Positions 1 through 9,055 of a DNA stretch of 64,000 nucleotides are shown here, one piece after another. The stretch comes from a bacterium (GTDB taxonomy: Bacteria > UBA8248), in the NCBI GenBank assembly GCA_965202625.1, contig CBDBBI010000010.1, forward strand, positions 2,624,001 to 2,688,000, in the 5' to 3' direction. The position numbers were made by a program, and so were the translations under genes. The notes below the pieces were generated by a model. It saw only the letters and a program-made list of their open reading frames with translations, made no database searches and had not been told where the DNA came from. Position 1 is the stretch's first letter; the number at the start of each line of letters is the position of its first letter.

Positions 1-686
1 CGAAGCGCGTGACCATCGACAAAGATAATTCCACCATCGTTGAGGGCAAAGGCACGGCCAGGGATATCGAAGGTCGCGTCAAACAGATTCGCAATCAGAT
101 TGAAGAGACCACGAGCGATTACGATCGTGAAAAACTCCAAGAGCGTCTGGCGAAGCTGGTCGGTGGAGTGGCGGTGATCAACGTAGGTGCCGCTACAGAA
201 GCTGAGATGAAAGAGAAGAAAGCGCGGGTGGAAGACGCCCTGAACGCAACCCGCGCAGCCGTGGAAGAGGGTGTTGTGACTGGTGGCGGCGTCGCCTTAG
301 TTCGCTCGCAGAAATCACTGGGCGACGTTGAAGTGGAAGGCGATCAGCAGGTTGGCGTCGACATTCTCTCCCGTGCTCTTGAAGCGCCCATGCGTGAGAT
401 TGCGAACAATGCGGGCGTAGAGGGTTCTCTGGTCGTGCAGCACGTGAAAGGACAGGAGGGAAACAACGGATACAACGCGGCGACGTGCGGCTATGAGGAC
501 TTGGTCAAGGCGGGTATCATCGACCCGACCAAGGTGGTGCGCTCTGCGTTGCAAAACGCTGCTTCAGTGGCCGGCTTGATGCTCACGACGGAGTGCATCA
601 TCAGCGATAAGCCGGAAGAGAACGCAGGCGGCGGCGGAATGCCTCCGGGCGGAATGCCTCCAGGCGGAATGGGCGGCATGATGTAA
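1..686 (+). CDS. groEL: Chaperonin GroEL, 5'-truncated by the window edge
   Basis: [48 protein letters not shown] and GGM-rich C-terminus. Confidence 0.98.
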   Translation, partial: KRVTIDKDNSTIVEGKGTARDIEGRVKQIRNQIEETTSDYDREKLQERLAKLVGGVAVINVGAATEAEMKEKKARVEDALNATRAAVEEGVVTGGGVALVRSQKSLGDVEVEGDQQVGVDILSRALEAPMREIANNAGVEGSLVVQHVKGQEGNNGYNAATCGYEDLVKAGIIDPTKVVRSALQNAASVAGLMLTTECIISDKPEENAGGGGMPPGGMPPGGMGGMM

Positions 687-707
687 ATCGTCGTCTTTGA
701 TGACGCG

Positions 708-739
708 AGAGGGGGCCTCCCAGAGGCCCCCTCTTTTTT
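708..739 (+). terminator. Rho-independent terminator after groEL
   Basis: agagggggcctc / gaggccccctct stem followed by a T run. Confidence 0.9.
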
Positions 740-886
740 GCGCCATTTGTCTCTGAGGCTCATTGAAAATAAAGTCGTGCGTCTCATAGGATCAACGCGT
801 GGAGGGTCGTTGAGCACTCACATCGCTAGTGGGGTTTCTCGCGCTGGCGCGGACGATGGACGATGTTGGCAGGTAGGGGAGGACAC

Positions 887-2137
887 ATGGCGATAAATAG
901 GTCGAAAAATCTCCTCGTCCTCCTATTGTTCGTATCATTATTGTTGCACTTATTCGTATTTGTCGTATTGAGTCGAGAATATGTTTGGTCGAGGCGCGTC
1001 CAAGCGAGCCGTTCGCCTAGGTTTCACGTTGTATCTGTCGAGCAACCTAAGAAAGAACTCCCCTTTCGCTCTAAAAGTCGGTTTTTATCGGACGCTAACC
1101 GAAAAGAAAGCGGTGTTGGCAATCTTGGTAAAGCCCCACTTTTAAGGCGCGCGGATAGAAACTTCATTCCCTCTCGCAGGGGCGGGCTCAGCCCGGAGAC
1201 GAGGGTATTGCCGATTGCGATAAAACCCCTACTTTCTACCCCGGCCGTTCCTCGTCCGCCGCCGGTGCCCACAACGCCAGTGCCTAAATGGAGTGTGCTC
1301 TCCAAAGAGCCGAAACCTCCATCGGAAAAGACAACAGGCCCTAAGAAGCCACCGGCTCCAGAGAATTCGAGAGATTTCCTCCCTGAGAGGCTGAAGGCGA
1401 CGACGCCTGCTCCCTTGAAACCTCCCGAAGCCCTTGAACCAAAGGTCGCGCCGAAAGTGGAGAGGAAACCCGGTAAGAAAAGCCCAAAACCGAGGCCTGT
1501 CGTAACGAATGAGGTCAAACCTGAACTAGCGGTGAGGCGTCAGGCCAGGAGTAAATCCGAAGAGAAGGAACCTCCAAGGCAAAAAGGGAAAGTCGAGGCT
1601 AGGGAAAAGCCAAAGAAAAGCGCGGTAGCCGCGCTGCGACCGAATCCTCAGCCGAGGCGTCCACAGCGTCTCGCACCGAGGCGACCGCAACCGGAAGACC
1701 CCTTGGCGTTGTTCAGAGTAAAACCCCAGCCGAAGGGGAAACCCAACGCGCCTAGGCTTGCTCTCTCAGATGAGGAAGCGGACAGGATCGCCAAAGCGAG
1801 TTCGGAAAAAGACTTGGAGAAAGAGGCGGGTGAAATTATTTCGCTTGATACGCGCGATTTTCGGTATGCTGCTTATTTCGCCCATATCAAACGGAAAATC
1901 CAAAACGCGTGGGAATGGCCTTTGGAGGCCAGAAGATACGGAGGACGGCTGTCGTTGCGTTTTGTGTTGAGAGAAAATGGCGCTTTGGAGGAGGTGCGTT
2001 TGCTAAAGTCCTCGAGGGTTCCCATTCTCGATGATTTGGCGATGGCCGCTGTCACCAAGGCGGCGCCGTTCAGGCCGTTTCCGGCGGGCGTCAAGCGCAA
2101 GACAATAGAGGCAACCTTCATATATGCCCGTCCTTAA
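887..2137 (+). CDS. TonB/TolA-family energy transducer
   Basis: N-terminal TM anchor SLLLH, long Pro/Lys-rich linker, TonB C-terminal-like domain (YFAHIKRKIQNAWEWP...LDDLAMAAVTKAAPF); SD GGGGAGGA before ATG 887. Confidence 0.85.
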   Translation: MAINRSKNLLVLLLFVSLLLHLFVFVVLSREYVWSRRVQASRSPRFHVVSVEQPKKELPFRSKSRFLSDANRKESGVGNLGKAPLLRRADRNFIPSRRGGLSPETRVLPIAIKPLLSTPAVPRPPPVPTTPVPKWSVLSKEPKPPSEKTTGPKKPPAPENSRDFLPERLKATTPAPLKPPEALEPKVAPKVERKPGKKSPKPRPVVTNEVKPELAVRRQARSKSEEKEPPRQKGKVEAREKPKKSAVAALRPNPQPRRPQRLAPRRPQPEDPLALFRVKPQPKGKPNAPRLALSDEEADRIAKASSEKDLEKEAGEIISLDTRDFRYAAYFAHIKRKIQNAWEWPLEARRYGGRLSLRFVLRENGALEEVRLLKSSRVPILDDLAMAAVTKAAPFRPFPAGVKRKTIEATFIYARP

Positions 2138-2199
2138 AAGCCGCGTTCGCTTATGAGTGAGCTTGGCCGGGCTGTTTGTCCTTTGGGGAATGTGATTGG

Positions 2200-2228
2200 T
2201 TGACACCTGAGAATATGGATTTTAGGAT
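2200..2228 (+). promoter_or_regulatory. Putative sigma70 promoter of the DtxR/MntR gene
   Basis: TTGACA (2200-2205), 17 nt spacer, TAGGAT (2223-2228). Confidence 0.55.
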
Positions 2229-2243
2229 TGCCCTCTTTTCGCT

Positions 2244-2942
2244 TTGAATCGCCAATCAGAGGATTGTCTTTTGTCCGAATCAGGGCTGCGCTTGAGCAAG
2301 CAAATCGAAGATTATTTGAAGAATATCTTCAAGCTGCAACAAGAGGTGTCCCCCGTCACGACGAACGCCATAGCGAAGTGCATGGAGATATCCACTGCGG
2401 CGGTGACGAGCATGATCAAAAAACTCAACCATCTGGATTTGCTTATGTATCGACCATACAAGGGTGTTGTCTTAAGCAAGAAAGGGGAGAAGGTCGCTTT
2501 AGAAATCATCAGACATCACCGGTTACTTGAACTGTATCTCAACCAGAAGATGGGAATCGACTGGGATAAGGTGGATGCCGAGGCTGAGGAATTGGAGCAC
2601 GTTTTGAGCGAGGAGCTGGAAGCTGTTTTGGACAAAGCGCTTGGCTATCCGACTCTTGATCCCCATGGAGATCCGATTCCCTCGAAAGACGGCACCATGG
2701 TGGACACGAGAGAGGTTGTTCTCATCGCTCTTGAAGAGGGCCGCGCCACGAAAATAACCCGCGTGTTGCAAGATGACCCGAAGATATTGCGGTATTTGGG
2801 AGAGCTTGGCTTTTTTCCGGAGATGCCGATAGAAATAATTAAACAATCGCCCCTTGCCGGCACAGTGACATTGTCGGTAAATGGCAACAAGCATACGTTG
2901 GGCCGCGATATCGCATCTCGAGTTTTTGCCCTGAACGATTAG
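2244..2942 (+). CDS. DtxR/MntR-family metal-dependent repressor with C-terminal FeoA-like domain (start may be TTG 2271)
   Basis: EDYLKNIF, RHHRLLELYL, EAEELEH, DPHGDPIP motifs. Confidence 0.93.
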   Translation: MNRQSEDCLLSESGLRLSKQIEDYLKNIFKLQQEVSPVTTNAIAKCMEISTAAVTSMIKKLNHLDLLMYRPYKGVVLSKKGEKVALEIIRHHRLLELYLNQKMGIDWDKVDAEAEELEHVLSEELEAVLDKALGYPTLDPHGDPIPSKDGTMVDTREVVLIALEEGRATKITRVLQDDPKILRYLGELGFFPEMPIEIIKQSPLAGTVTLSVNGNKHTLGRDIASRVFALND

Positions 2943-3183
2943 GCTCGTTATATTCTCGCATCGTCAGCTTCTTGTTTCTGGTCTCTTTCACATCAAAGAA
3001 TACTCTCGTATATTTATATTTCTGGCGTTTGGGGAGCGGCTCATGCCGGATGGATGCATTGGAGGCGTTTGCGCAGAAGAGTGCGGCATTGGTTTTGAGA
3101 GCGAAGAAGGTCATTTTGTCAGGGAAAAACTTTTTACCGCTTTCGTCATGGGGATTTTTTGAGAATCCGTATCGGGAGAAAAT

Positions 3184-3741
3184 ATGCCAGCGAAAAGAAA
3201 AACGACTGTAAAAAAAGATTTTGACCACCGCTTTTGCGCCATTCATGACAAGGACGTTGAGTGGCGAGAAGATGTGAGCACCGACCTCCTCACTTTGCCC
3301 AAAGGGGTGAAAGTGAAAGTTTTCGCTCATGATCCGGTGATGAAACGCATTGACATGAAGGTGAAATTTCCGAAGGGGTACGTGGAGCCTCGCCATACAC
3401 ACAAGAGTTGGCATTCCATTTTGGTGACCCGAGGCAGGATGTGCGTAGCGGGTAAGGATTTGAGACCGGGCGACTATGTTTTTGGGTGGGATTTGCCGCA
3501 TGGCCCTTATGAATACCCAGATGGCTGCGAAGTTTTTGTCGTGTTTATGGGCGAGGGGACGCAGCATGTTTGGGAAGAGGACGCATTGTTGAAGCACCAG
3601 TTGAAATGGGAGGCGAACACGGACGCGGGCAAAAAAGCTGTTGCTAAGGGCGATGTGGCTAGAAAGCAGGCATTGAAGGAAAAAAGAGCGGCCGCGTCCG
3701 GGAAAAAGGCACTGAAGAGAAAAGTAGGTCGCCCGGAATAA
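3184..3741 (+). CDS. ChrR-like cupin domain protein with Lys/Ala-rich tail
   Basis: FPKGYVEPRHTH...GDYVFG..PHGP cupin motifs. Confidence 0.75.
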   Translation: MPAKRKTTVKKDFDHRFCAIHDKDVEWREDVSTDLLTLPKGVKVKVFAHDPVMKRIDMKVKFPKGYVEPRHTHKSWHSILVTRGRMCVAGKDLRPGDYVFGWDLPHGPYEYPDGCEVFVVFMGEGTQHVWEEDALLKHQLKWEANTDAGKKAVAKGDVARKQALKEKRAAASGKKALKRKVGRPE

Positions 3742-4760
3742 TGCCGCCGCAGCGAATTTCTGTGATAGGCGCCGGCGCCTGGGGGACGGCGCTGGCGGAT
3801 TTGTTTTCTGAAATGGGCCACGAAGTGACGCTTTGGATTTTTGAGGCGGACCTTTGCCGTCGCATGAAGTCGCACCATGAGAATGACGTATATCTTCCGG
3901 ACGTTGCCCTACGCGAGAATTTGCGATTTACGTCCGATTTGGCTGAGGCGGCCTCGGCGGGCCAGGACGTTCTCGTGAGCGTCATGCCGAGCCATGTGGT
4001 CCGAAGCGTCTGGATGCAACTGGCGCCCTCAATTCATGAGGAAGCGATTCTCGCAAGCGCCACCAAAGGCGTAGAGGAGAAAACCCTTTGCCTGCCCACT
4101 CAGGTTATCTCTGAATGTATTGATGAAGTGGGCAGTGAACAGCACGCGCTCGCCTGTCTTTCCGGTCCTACGTTCGCTCGAGAAGTTGCCGAAAGAAAGC
4201 CTACGGCCATCACGATAGCGTCTGATGACTCCGATACTGCGCACGCGCTCCAAGAAGCGTTTTCCGCGTCTCATTTCAGGATTTACACGGGCGATGACCC
4301 CATCGGGGCCCAACTTAGCGGGGCGCTCAAGAATGTCATCGCTTTGGCGGCAGGTATATCCGACGGCATGAAACTTGGGCATAACGCGAGGGCGGCGCTT
4401 ATCGTGCGCGGCTTGTCGGAAATTGGACGCTTGGGCGCGGCGATGGGTGGCAGGGTGGAAACATTTTCTGGTCTTGCGGGAATGGGCGATCTGGTGCTCA
4501 CCTGCACCGGAGAGCTGAGCAGGAACAGAACGGTGGGCCTGCGGTTGGGACAAGGTGAGACCCTACAAAAAATCCTGGAATCAATGAAGGCCGTCGCCGA
4601 GGGCGTGTCCACGGCACCCGCCGCCGTGGGGCTGGCTGATAAATATGGCGTGGACATGCCTATATGTCGAGAAGTCCATGCCATATTGTTTGAGGGTCAT
4701 CATCCGAAAGATGCGGTAAGTGCCCTGATGTCGAGGCCCCTGAAAGCCGAGGACGCATAG
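3741..4760 (+). CDS. gpsA: NAD(P)H-dependent glycerol-3-phosphate dehydrogenase
   Basis: GAGAWGTALA, LSGPTFARE, GALKNVIA, GLAGMGDLVLTC, SRNR. Confidence 0.97.
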   Translation: MPPQRISVIGAGAWGTALADLFSEMGHEVTLWIFEADLCRRMKSHHENDVYLPDVALRENLRFTSDLAEAASAGQDVLVSVMPSHVVRSVWMQLAPSIHEEAILASATKGVEEKTLCLPTQVISECIDEVGSEQHALACLSGPTFAREVAERKPTAITIASDDSDTAHALQEAFSASHFRIYTGDDPIGAQLSGALKNVIALAAGISDGMKLGHNARAALIVRGLSEIGRLGAAMGGRVETFSGLAGMGDLVLTCTGELSRNRTVGLRLGQGETLQKILESMKAVAEGVSTAPAAVGLADKYGVDMPICREVHAILFEGHHPKDAVSALMSRPLKAEDA

Positions 4761-4921
4761 GCAGGGATGTATTCCCTAGAGGAACGCGCGTCATTTTGCG
4801 AGAACGCCCGGTCTCACTCTGAGCGCCGCACTTTCCTTTGCGTTTTGAAATATCCTCTCTGGGGTCAGCCCTGCGTCTGTATTCGTTGAGGAGGCAATGA
4901 AACTAAACTTCTCTCTGCGCA

Positions 4922-5365
4922 TCACGCGCTCTCCAGGTAATTGAGGAGAGAATCAAGGCACTCGCCCCAGCCTTCTTCATGCTCATCGCACATGTTCTCG
5001 TCCGGGAATCCCTCATGGGTAAGTATCAGTTCCGTTCCGTTTTCTCGCTCAAGAAATTCCAGCGTCCCCAAGGTTTTTGGATAATTCCAATTCCCTCTCC
5101 CATTGGAACGTATAGACAAGTCGCTCCGGGGGGTGTATCTTGACGAACTCTCCATTCAGGTAAAACGATTCTCCCTCAAATGGCCGCATCTTGATCCGGT
5201 ACCCCCCCCCCCGATTTTGAAATCCATCTCTATTCGGGGTGTTGTTAACCCCTCTGGGGCCCACCATTTTTTCAAAGCTTCTTGTTGCGTCCATGCGGCG
5301 AAGAGTTTTTCCCTCGGGACTCGAAAGATTCGCGCGAGCCGAAGCGAGTGTTTTGACAGGCGCAT
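4922..5365 (-). pseudogene. SRPBCC/AHSA1-family protein with two frameshifts
   Basis: Three overlapping ORFs join into one domain (FAAWTQQEALKKWW / GGGYRIKM..PPERLVYTFQW / TELILTHEGF..HEEGWGECLDSL). First shift at an 11-C run (5202-5212), second near 5075-5090. Confidence 0.85.
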
Positions 5366-5369
5366 TTTT

Positions 5370-5702
5370 TCACTCCTTCCCGGAGGTTTCGTCCAGGTAT
5401 CTAGCGAGACTCTCGAATTGCTCCTCCCAGAATGGCTGATAAAAGTCGATCCATTCGGAGGCTTTTTTCATCGGTTTGGCCTCCAGGCGGAGGTGATGGG
5501 CGCGCCCTCTTTTTTCTCGATGAATAAGGCCGGCACTCTCTAATACGGCCAAATGCTTGGAAACTGCTGGCAGTGAGATGTGAAAAGGAGCGGCCAGGCT
5601 TGTGACGGTGGTTTCTCCTCGAGAGAGTCGGCGCAAAATAGCCCGTCTCTTGGGGTCTGAGAGTGCTGAAAAAGTAGCGTCGAGACTGGATGATGGACTC
5701 AT
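5370..5702 (-). CDS. ArsR/SmtB-family regulator of the SRPBCC-associated type
   Basis: FSALSDPKRRAIL, SLPAVSKHLAVLESAGLI, FWEEQFESLARYL. Confidence 0.93.
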   Translation of the reverse strand: MSPSSSLDATFSALSDPKRRAILRRLSRGETTVTSLAAPFHISLPAVSKHLAVLESAGLIHREKRGRAHHLRLEAKPMKKASEWIDFYQPFWEEQFESLARYLDETSGKE

Positions 5703-6049
5703 GGAAACGCTTTATCCGGTGATGAATCCCCGCAGGTAGCAGATCTGCCACTGTGTTGGAGATTGTCGACGGTCATTCTTCCGAGATAGGCTCCTATTTT
5801 TATGGTGTTGCCAACGCTATCGGGAATTTCTTTTTCGAAATCATCGGAGGCGAGTATTTGGAGGACAGAAAGCGTATTCGCTTGAACGGTGTCGGCGTAA
5901 CTGACTACATATTCTTTTGCGCATTTGAATTTGAGCACCTGTTCAGGCGAGTTTCCGAATCCTATTTATTGTGGGTTTGCGTCCATGTCAAATTTTCCGC
6001 CTCATTTGCCAGAAATTCAAAGTTGCCTGTTTCCGGAAACAAGTTTCAT
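5699..6049 (-). pseudogene. Degraded DinB-family gene
   Basis: One frame reads QL*ISGK*GGKFDMDANPQ*IGFGNSPEQV (stops at 6017-6019, 6002-6004, 5966-5968); a C-terminal frameshift restores QHSG-QICYLRG, a DinB-like H-x-G-Q motif. Confidence 0.65.
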
Positions 6050-6071
6050 ATTTAACTATATGGTTAAATAT
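6048..6071. promoter_or_regulatory. Palindromic ArsR-type operator
   Basis: ATATTTAAC-N6-GTTAAATAT perfect inverted repeat upstream of the DinB-ArsR-SRPBCC operon. Confidence 0.75.
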
Positions 6072-6213
6072 ATGTTTCCCTTGACCTGCTGTCAACCCTT
6101 TTGTGATGACGGAGTTTCTGGTTTGCTCTTTGTTGTTCTTGGGGGAGAGGTATGGGTAATGTTGAGGCAGCGCCTTAGTGTGGCGACGAAAGCCCTAGTG
6201 TAGGGTCGTTATC

Positions 6214-6930
6214 ATGGAATTTGTGAAATTCATTTTCCTTCGATCTTTGTGCTGGGTGATCTCTATATTCTTAGTACCCGTTTGCTGGGTGGCGGCGCTT
6301 TCCTTTTGCCGGAACCTTCTGTCCGCTTTTCTCATACAGGGTTCAGGAGCTAGCGCTTATCTTCCCACACATCAGGGCGGGGCTTTTCTCATCGGTGTTG
6401 TGGTCTACGCTTTATGGCATCGATTTTGGCCGCCTGAGTTCCTATACGCTTTCGTTCATGAGTTTACGCATCTCACGTTTGCTCTGATCACCGGCAAAAA
6501 GGTGCGTCGCTTTGAGGTGACGCGAGGGAGCGGGAAAGTGGTTTTGAGCGGTACGAACCCCATCATCGTCTTGGCGCCTTATTTTTTCCCTCTTTTGACA
6601 ATCATGGTGCTGATTCTGGGCACCCTCATCAGTTGGGGGTTGGGGTATGGAAAAGTTCACTGGGCGACGGCGTTTTTCTCTGGCCTAACGCTTTGTTTGC
6701 ACGTCCTTATGACTATCAAGGTGCTGGGCGTGCCGCAGCCCGATATTGCGCGCAGCGGGCGAATTTCCTCTTTGGTGCTCATCTTCTTGTTGGGGGTGGT
6801 TTTTGTTGGCGGCGCGGCGCTCGCCTCCATGGGGGGTTGGAGTATACTCGTTTCGTATCTCACGTCTATTTGGCATGAAAGTTGGGATACGTATGCATTT
6901 TTGTTTGGCTTGATGAAGCGCGTTTTATGA
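6214..6930 (+). CDS. M50-like membrane metallopeptidase
   Basis: Multiple TM segments, HEFTH zinc motif, LAPY motif, downstream Asp. Confidence 0.75.
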   Translation: MEFVKFIFLRSLCWVISIFLVPVCWVAALSFCRNLLSAFLIQGSGASAYLPTHQGGAFLIGVVVYALWHRFWPPEFLYAFVHEFTHLTFALITGKKVRRFEVTRGSGKVVLSGTNPIIVLAPYFFPLLTIMVLILGTLISWGLGYGKVHWATAFFSGLTLCLHVLMTIKVLGVPQPDIARSGRISSLVLIFLLGVVFVGGAALASMGGWSILVSYLTSIWHESWDTYAFLFGLMKRVL

Positions 6931-7559
6931 GGTGGGAATCTGGACGCATGGCTTTTGCATCTTGGCGATGCCGATTTTGTTTGATGATTTTTTTGAGCGC
7001 GTTGAGCACAGGCTGTGCCTATGAAGTTTTTAGAACGCAAAACATTTCTCAGCCGACAAAAATACGCGCCCTCCGGCGTATTGCCGTCACCCCTTTTCGT
7101 TATTCGAGTGACTGGACGGGACTTTTCCGCAAGATCTACAGGCAAGCAGGTTTAGCAATACCCAAAGGAAAGAAGGTCGAGTCGGTGGAGGGGACGTTTT
7201 TGATTCGGGACGCTATCACCTCCAAAGGATATGAGGCTGTTTCATTCCCCAAAGAATTGCGGATAAAAAAAACAGGTGGTTCACTGCGCTCGGAGGGGAA
7301 AACTGCGCAAACCTACCCATTAATACCCAGAAATTCGGGCGCCCAAGCCATCATATTTGCTAGAGGCAGCCACCTCTGCAGCGATATGGAATCGTGCGTC
7401 GCCAAAGTGGAAATACTTTTGGTGGATGCCAGCTCTGGCGAAGAACTATGGAAATCGCGGGCGAGAGGAACGACGGGACTGTCCCAGGGGGATGAAATGA
7501 AAGCCGCCGTTCAGGGCGCGCTCGAAGAATTTCCCGACAATTTTCCGGTTTCTGGTTGA
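6927..7559 (+). CDS. Hypothetical lipoprotein
   Basis: Lipobox-like LSTGC; C-terminal ILLVDASSGEELWK beta motif; overlaps upstream stop (ATGA). Confidence 0.6.
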   Translation: MRWESGRMAFASWRCRFCLMIFLSALSTGCAYEVFRTQNISQPTKIRALRRIAVTPFRYSSDWTGLFRKIYRQAGLAIPKGKKVESVEGTFLIRDAITSKGYEAVSFPKELRIKKTGGSLRSEGKTAQTYPLIPRNSGAQAIIFARGSHLCSDMESCVAKVEILLVDASSGEELWKSRARGTTGLSQGDEMKAAVQGALEEFPDNFPVSG

Positions 7560-7604
7560 AGTCAAGAAATTTCATCCATATCCATGCCCGATACCAGGCG
7601 GCCA

Positions 7605-7728
7605 TGACGATTTGTCGTTTTTGATGCGGACGTATATGACAAAATGACAATTTCATTCATGTTTTTTCTTTCTATCTCATTGATATAGAAGTTGTTATAG
7701 AATAGAGAAAAATGGCATAACGTTTGCA
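7605..7728 (+). promoter_or_regulatory. Sigma54 promoter with putative enhancer and IHF sites
   Basis: TGGCATAACGTTTGCA (7713-7728) fits -24/-12 spacing; TGAC-N5-GTCA-like sites at 7605-7617 and 7637-7649; IHF-like TATCAA-N4-ATA on minus strand at 7673-7685. Confidence 0.75.
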
Positions 7729-7738
7729 TTAAAGATCA

Positions 7739-7893
7739 GAAGCGCTAATCAGGGCGTTCATAGGCGGCACGCCTTGGGTAGCCGGCGAGAGGAGTTGCCG
7801 ATTGGGTCGGCGCTCCTCCGCCACGCTATTATTTCTCTCACGTTTCTCCTCCCTTCGTGAGAGCCTCCTCCCGGAGACGGGAGGAGGTTTTTT
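7739..7893 (+). ncRNA. Candidate sigma54-dependent small RNA
   Basis: No + strand ORF between promoter and terminator; several stable hairpins; anti-SD sequence in a loop. Confidence 0.6.
7864..7893 (+). terminator. Rho-independent terminator
   Basis: cctcctcccg-GAGA-cgggaggagg followed by TTTTTT. Confidence 0.9.
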
Positions 7894-8029
7894 ATTTGCT
7901 TCTCGGCGACATGATTTTCCCCTGCGTGGTTTGCAATCGGGGGATGTTGGTTTATAGTGCATTTTGCATGAAATCATGCGGCGTTGATTAGGTGTTGAGA
8001 ACTCATCCATTAAAAGTGAGGAATCGGAA

Positions 8030-9028
8030 ATGGTTACAGGCAAAGTGCGCCTCGCCTCTATCGGGCTTGGGTGGTGGGCTGGTGTGTTAGCGGATGCTTT
8101 GAATCGAAGTGGTTCCGGCGAAGTAGTTTCAGGTTTCGCGCGGAGTGCAGACGCCCGAAAGATGTTTTCCGAGAAATACAGTTGCCGAGCGGCGGGCAGA
8201 CTAGACGATATATGGAAAGACCCGGAGGTAGACGGCGTTCTCATCGCGACGCCTCATTCCACGCACCTTGACATGATCTCCCAAGCCGCATCGGCCGGCA
8301 AGCACGTATTCGTCGAGAAACCTCTTACCTTGACGGCCGAAGAGGCAAAAAAGGCGATTGAGGTGACGTCAAGCGCGAATGTGACTCTACAAGTGGGACA
8401 TCATCGCCGCCGATTCGGTGCCAATCGCAAGATCAGGGAAATGATAGACGGCGGCGAGCTGGGTATGCTGCACCAGCTGGAAGCTAATCTCTCGCTTCCT
8501 ATGGGGTTTGAACCCAGACAAGGTTGGCGCAACGATGCGGAAGAATGCCCGGTGGGATCCATGACGGGTCTCGGCGTGCATATGGTCGATAATCTGCAAT
8601 ACTTGGCTGGTCCCGCAAAAAAAGTATGTGCGTTTAGTAAAAAATTATTGGGCAAAACGAATCTCGACGACACGACGAGCATTATCATTGAATATGAGCG
8701 CGGCCCGTTGGGCTATATTGGAACCACTTTTGTTATTCCCAAAATTTGTGATACCGCGGCTTTTGGTACGAAAATGAGAGCATACAGTCTTGAGGAAGGC
8801 GGAAAACTTCATGTGGCCAAGGTAGGCGAAGAGGTGTTGACGGAGGTTGCTGTCGTAGGCGGAGACGCCTTGGCGGATGAGATGGATGAATTTTGCAAGT
8901 GCATCCGGGGAGAGGCGACTCCTGAAACGGGCGGACACGAGGGGCTCGAAGTCGTCTCGGTGCTTGAGGCGGTTGTCAAGAGCGTGAACACAGGCCAGGT
9001 CGTGGAGGTGGCGTCCGTTCGGGGATAA
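8030..9028 (+). CDS. Gfo/Idh/MocA-family oxidoreductase
   Basis: IGLGWWA, IATPHSTH, AGKHVFVEKPL, VGHHRRF, GVHMVD. Confidence 0.93.
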   Translation: MVTGKVRLASIGLGWWAGVLADALNRSGSGEVVSGFARSADARKMFSEKYSCRAAGRLDDIWKDPEVDGVLIATPHSTHLDMISQAASAGKHVFVEKPLTLTAEEAKKAIEVTSSANVTLQVGHHRRRFGANRKIREMIDGGELGMLHQLEANLSLPMGFEPRQGWRNDAEECPVGSMTGLGVHMVDNLQYLAGPAKKVCAFSKKLLGKTNLDDTTSIIIEYERGPLGYIGTTFVIPKICDTAAFGTKMRAYSLEEGGKLHVAKVGEEVLTEVAVVGGDALADEMDEFCKCIRGEATPETGGHEGLEVVSVLEAVVKSVNTGQVVEVASVRG

Positions 9029-9055
9029 GTCTTGAGCGTTGTTTTGGAGGGAAAA

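Noticed and set aside
625-686. GGCGGAATGCCTCC repeats at the end of groEL
   Set aside because: Encode the normal Gly-Gly-Met tail of GroEL
5966-6019. TGA codons in the DinB-like frame as selenocysteine or genetic-code reassignment
   Set aside because: They fall at likely Trp positions, co-occur with a TAA and a frameshift, and TGA is a normal stop for core genes such as rpsL and rpsH
7729-8244. 171-aa minus-strand ORF across the sRNA candidate
   Set aside because: Overlaps the oxidoreductase in antisense, has no motifs, and the promoter and terminator both point to + strand transcription
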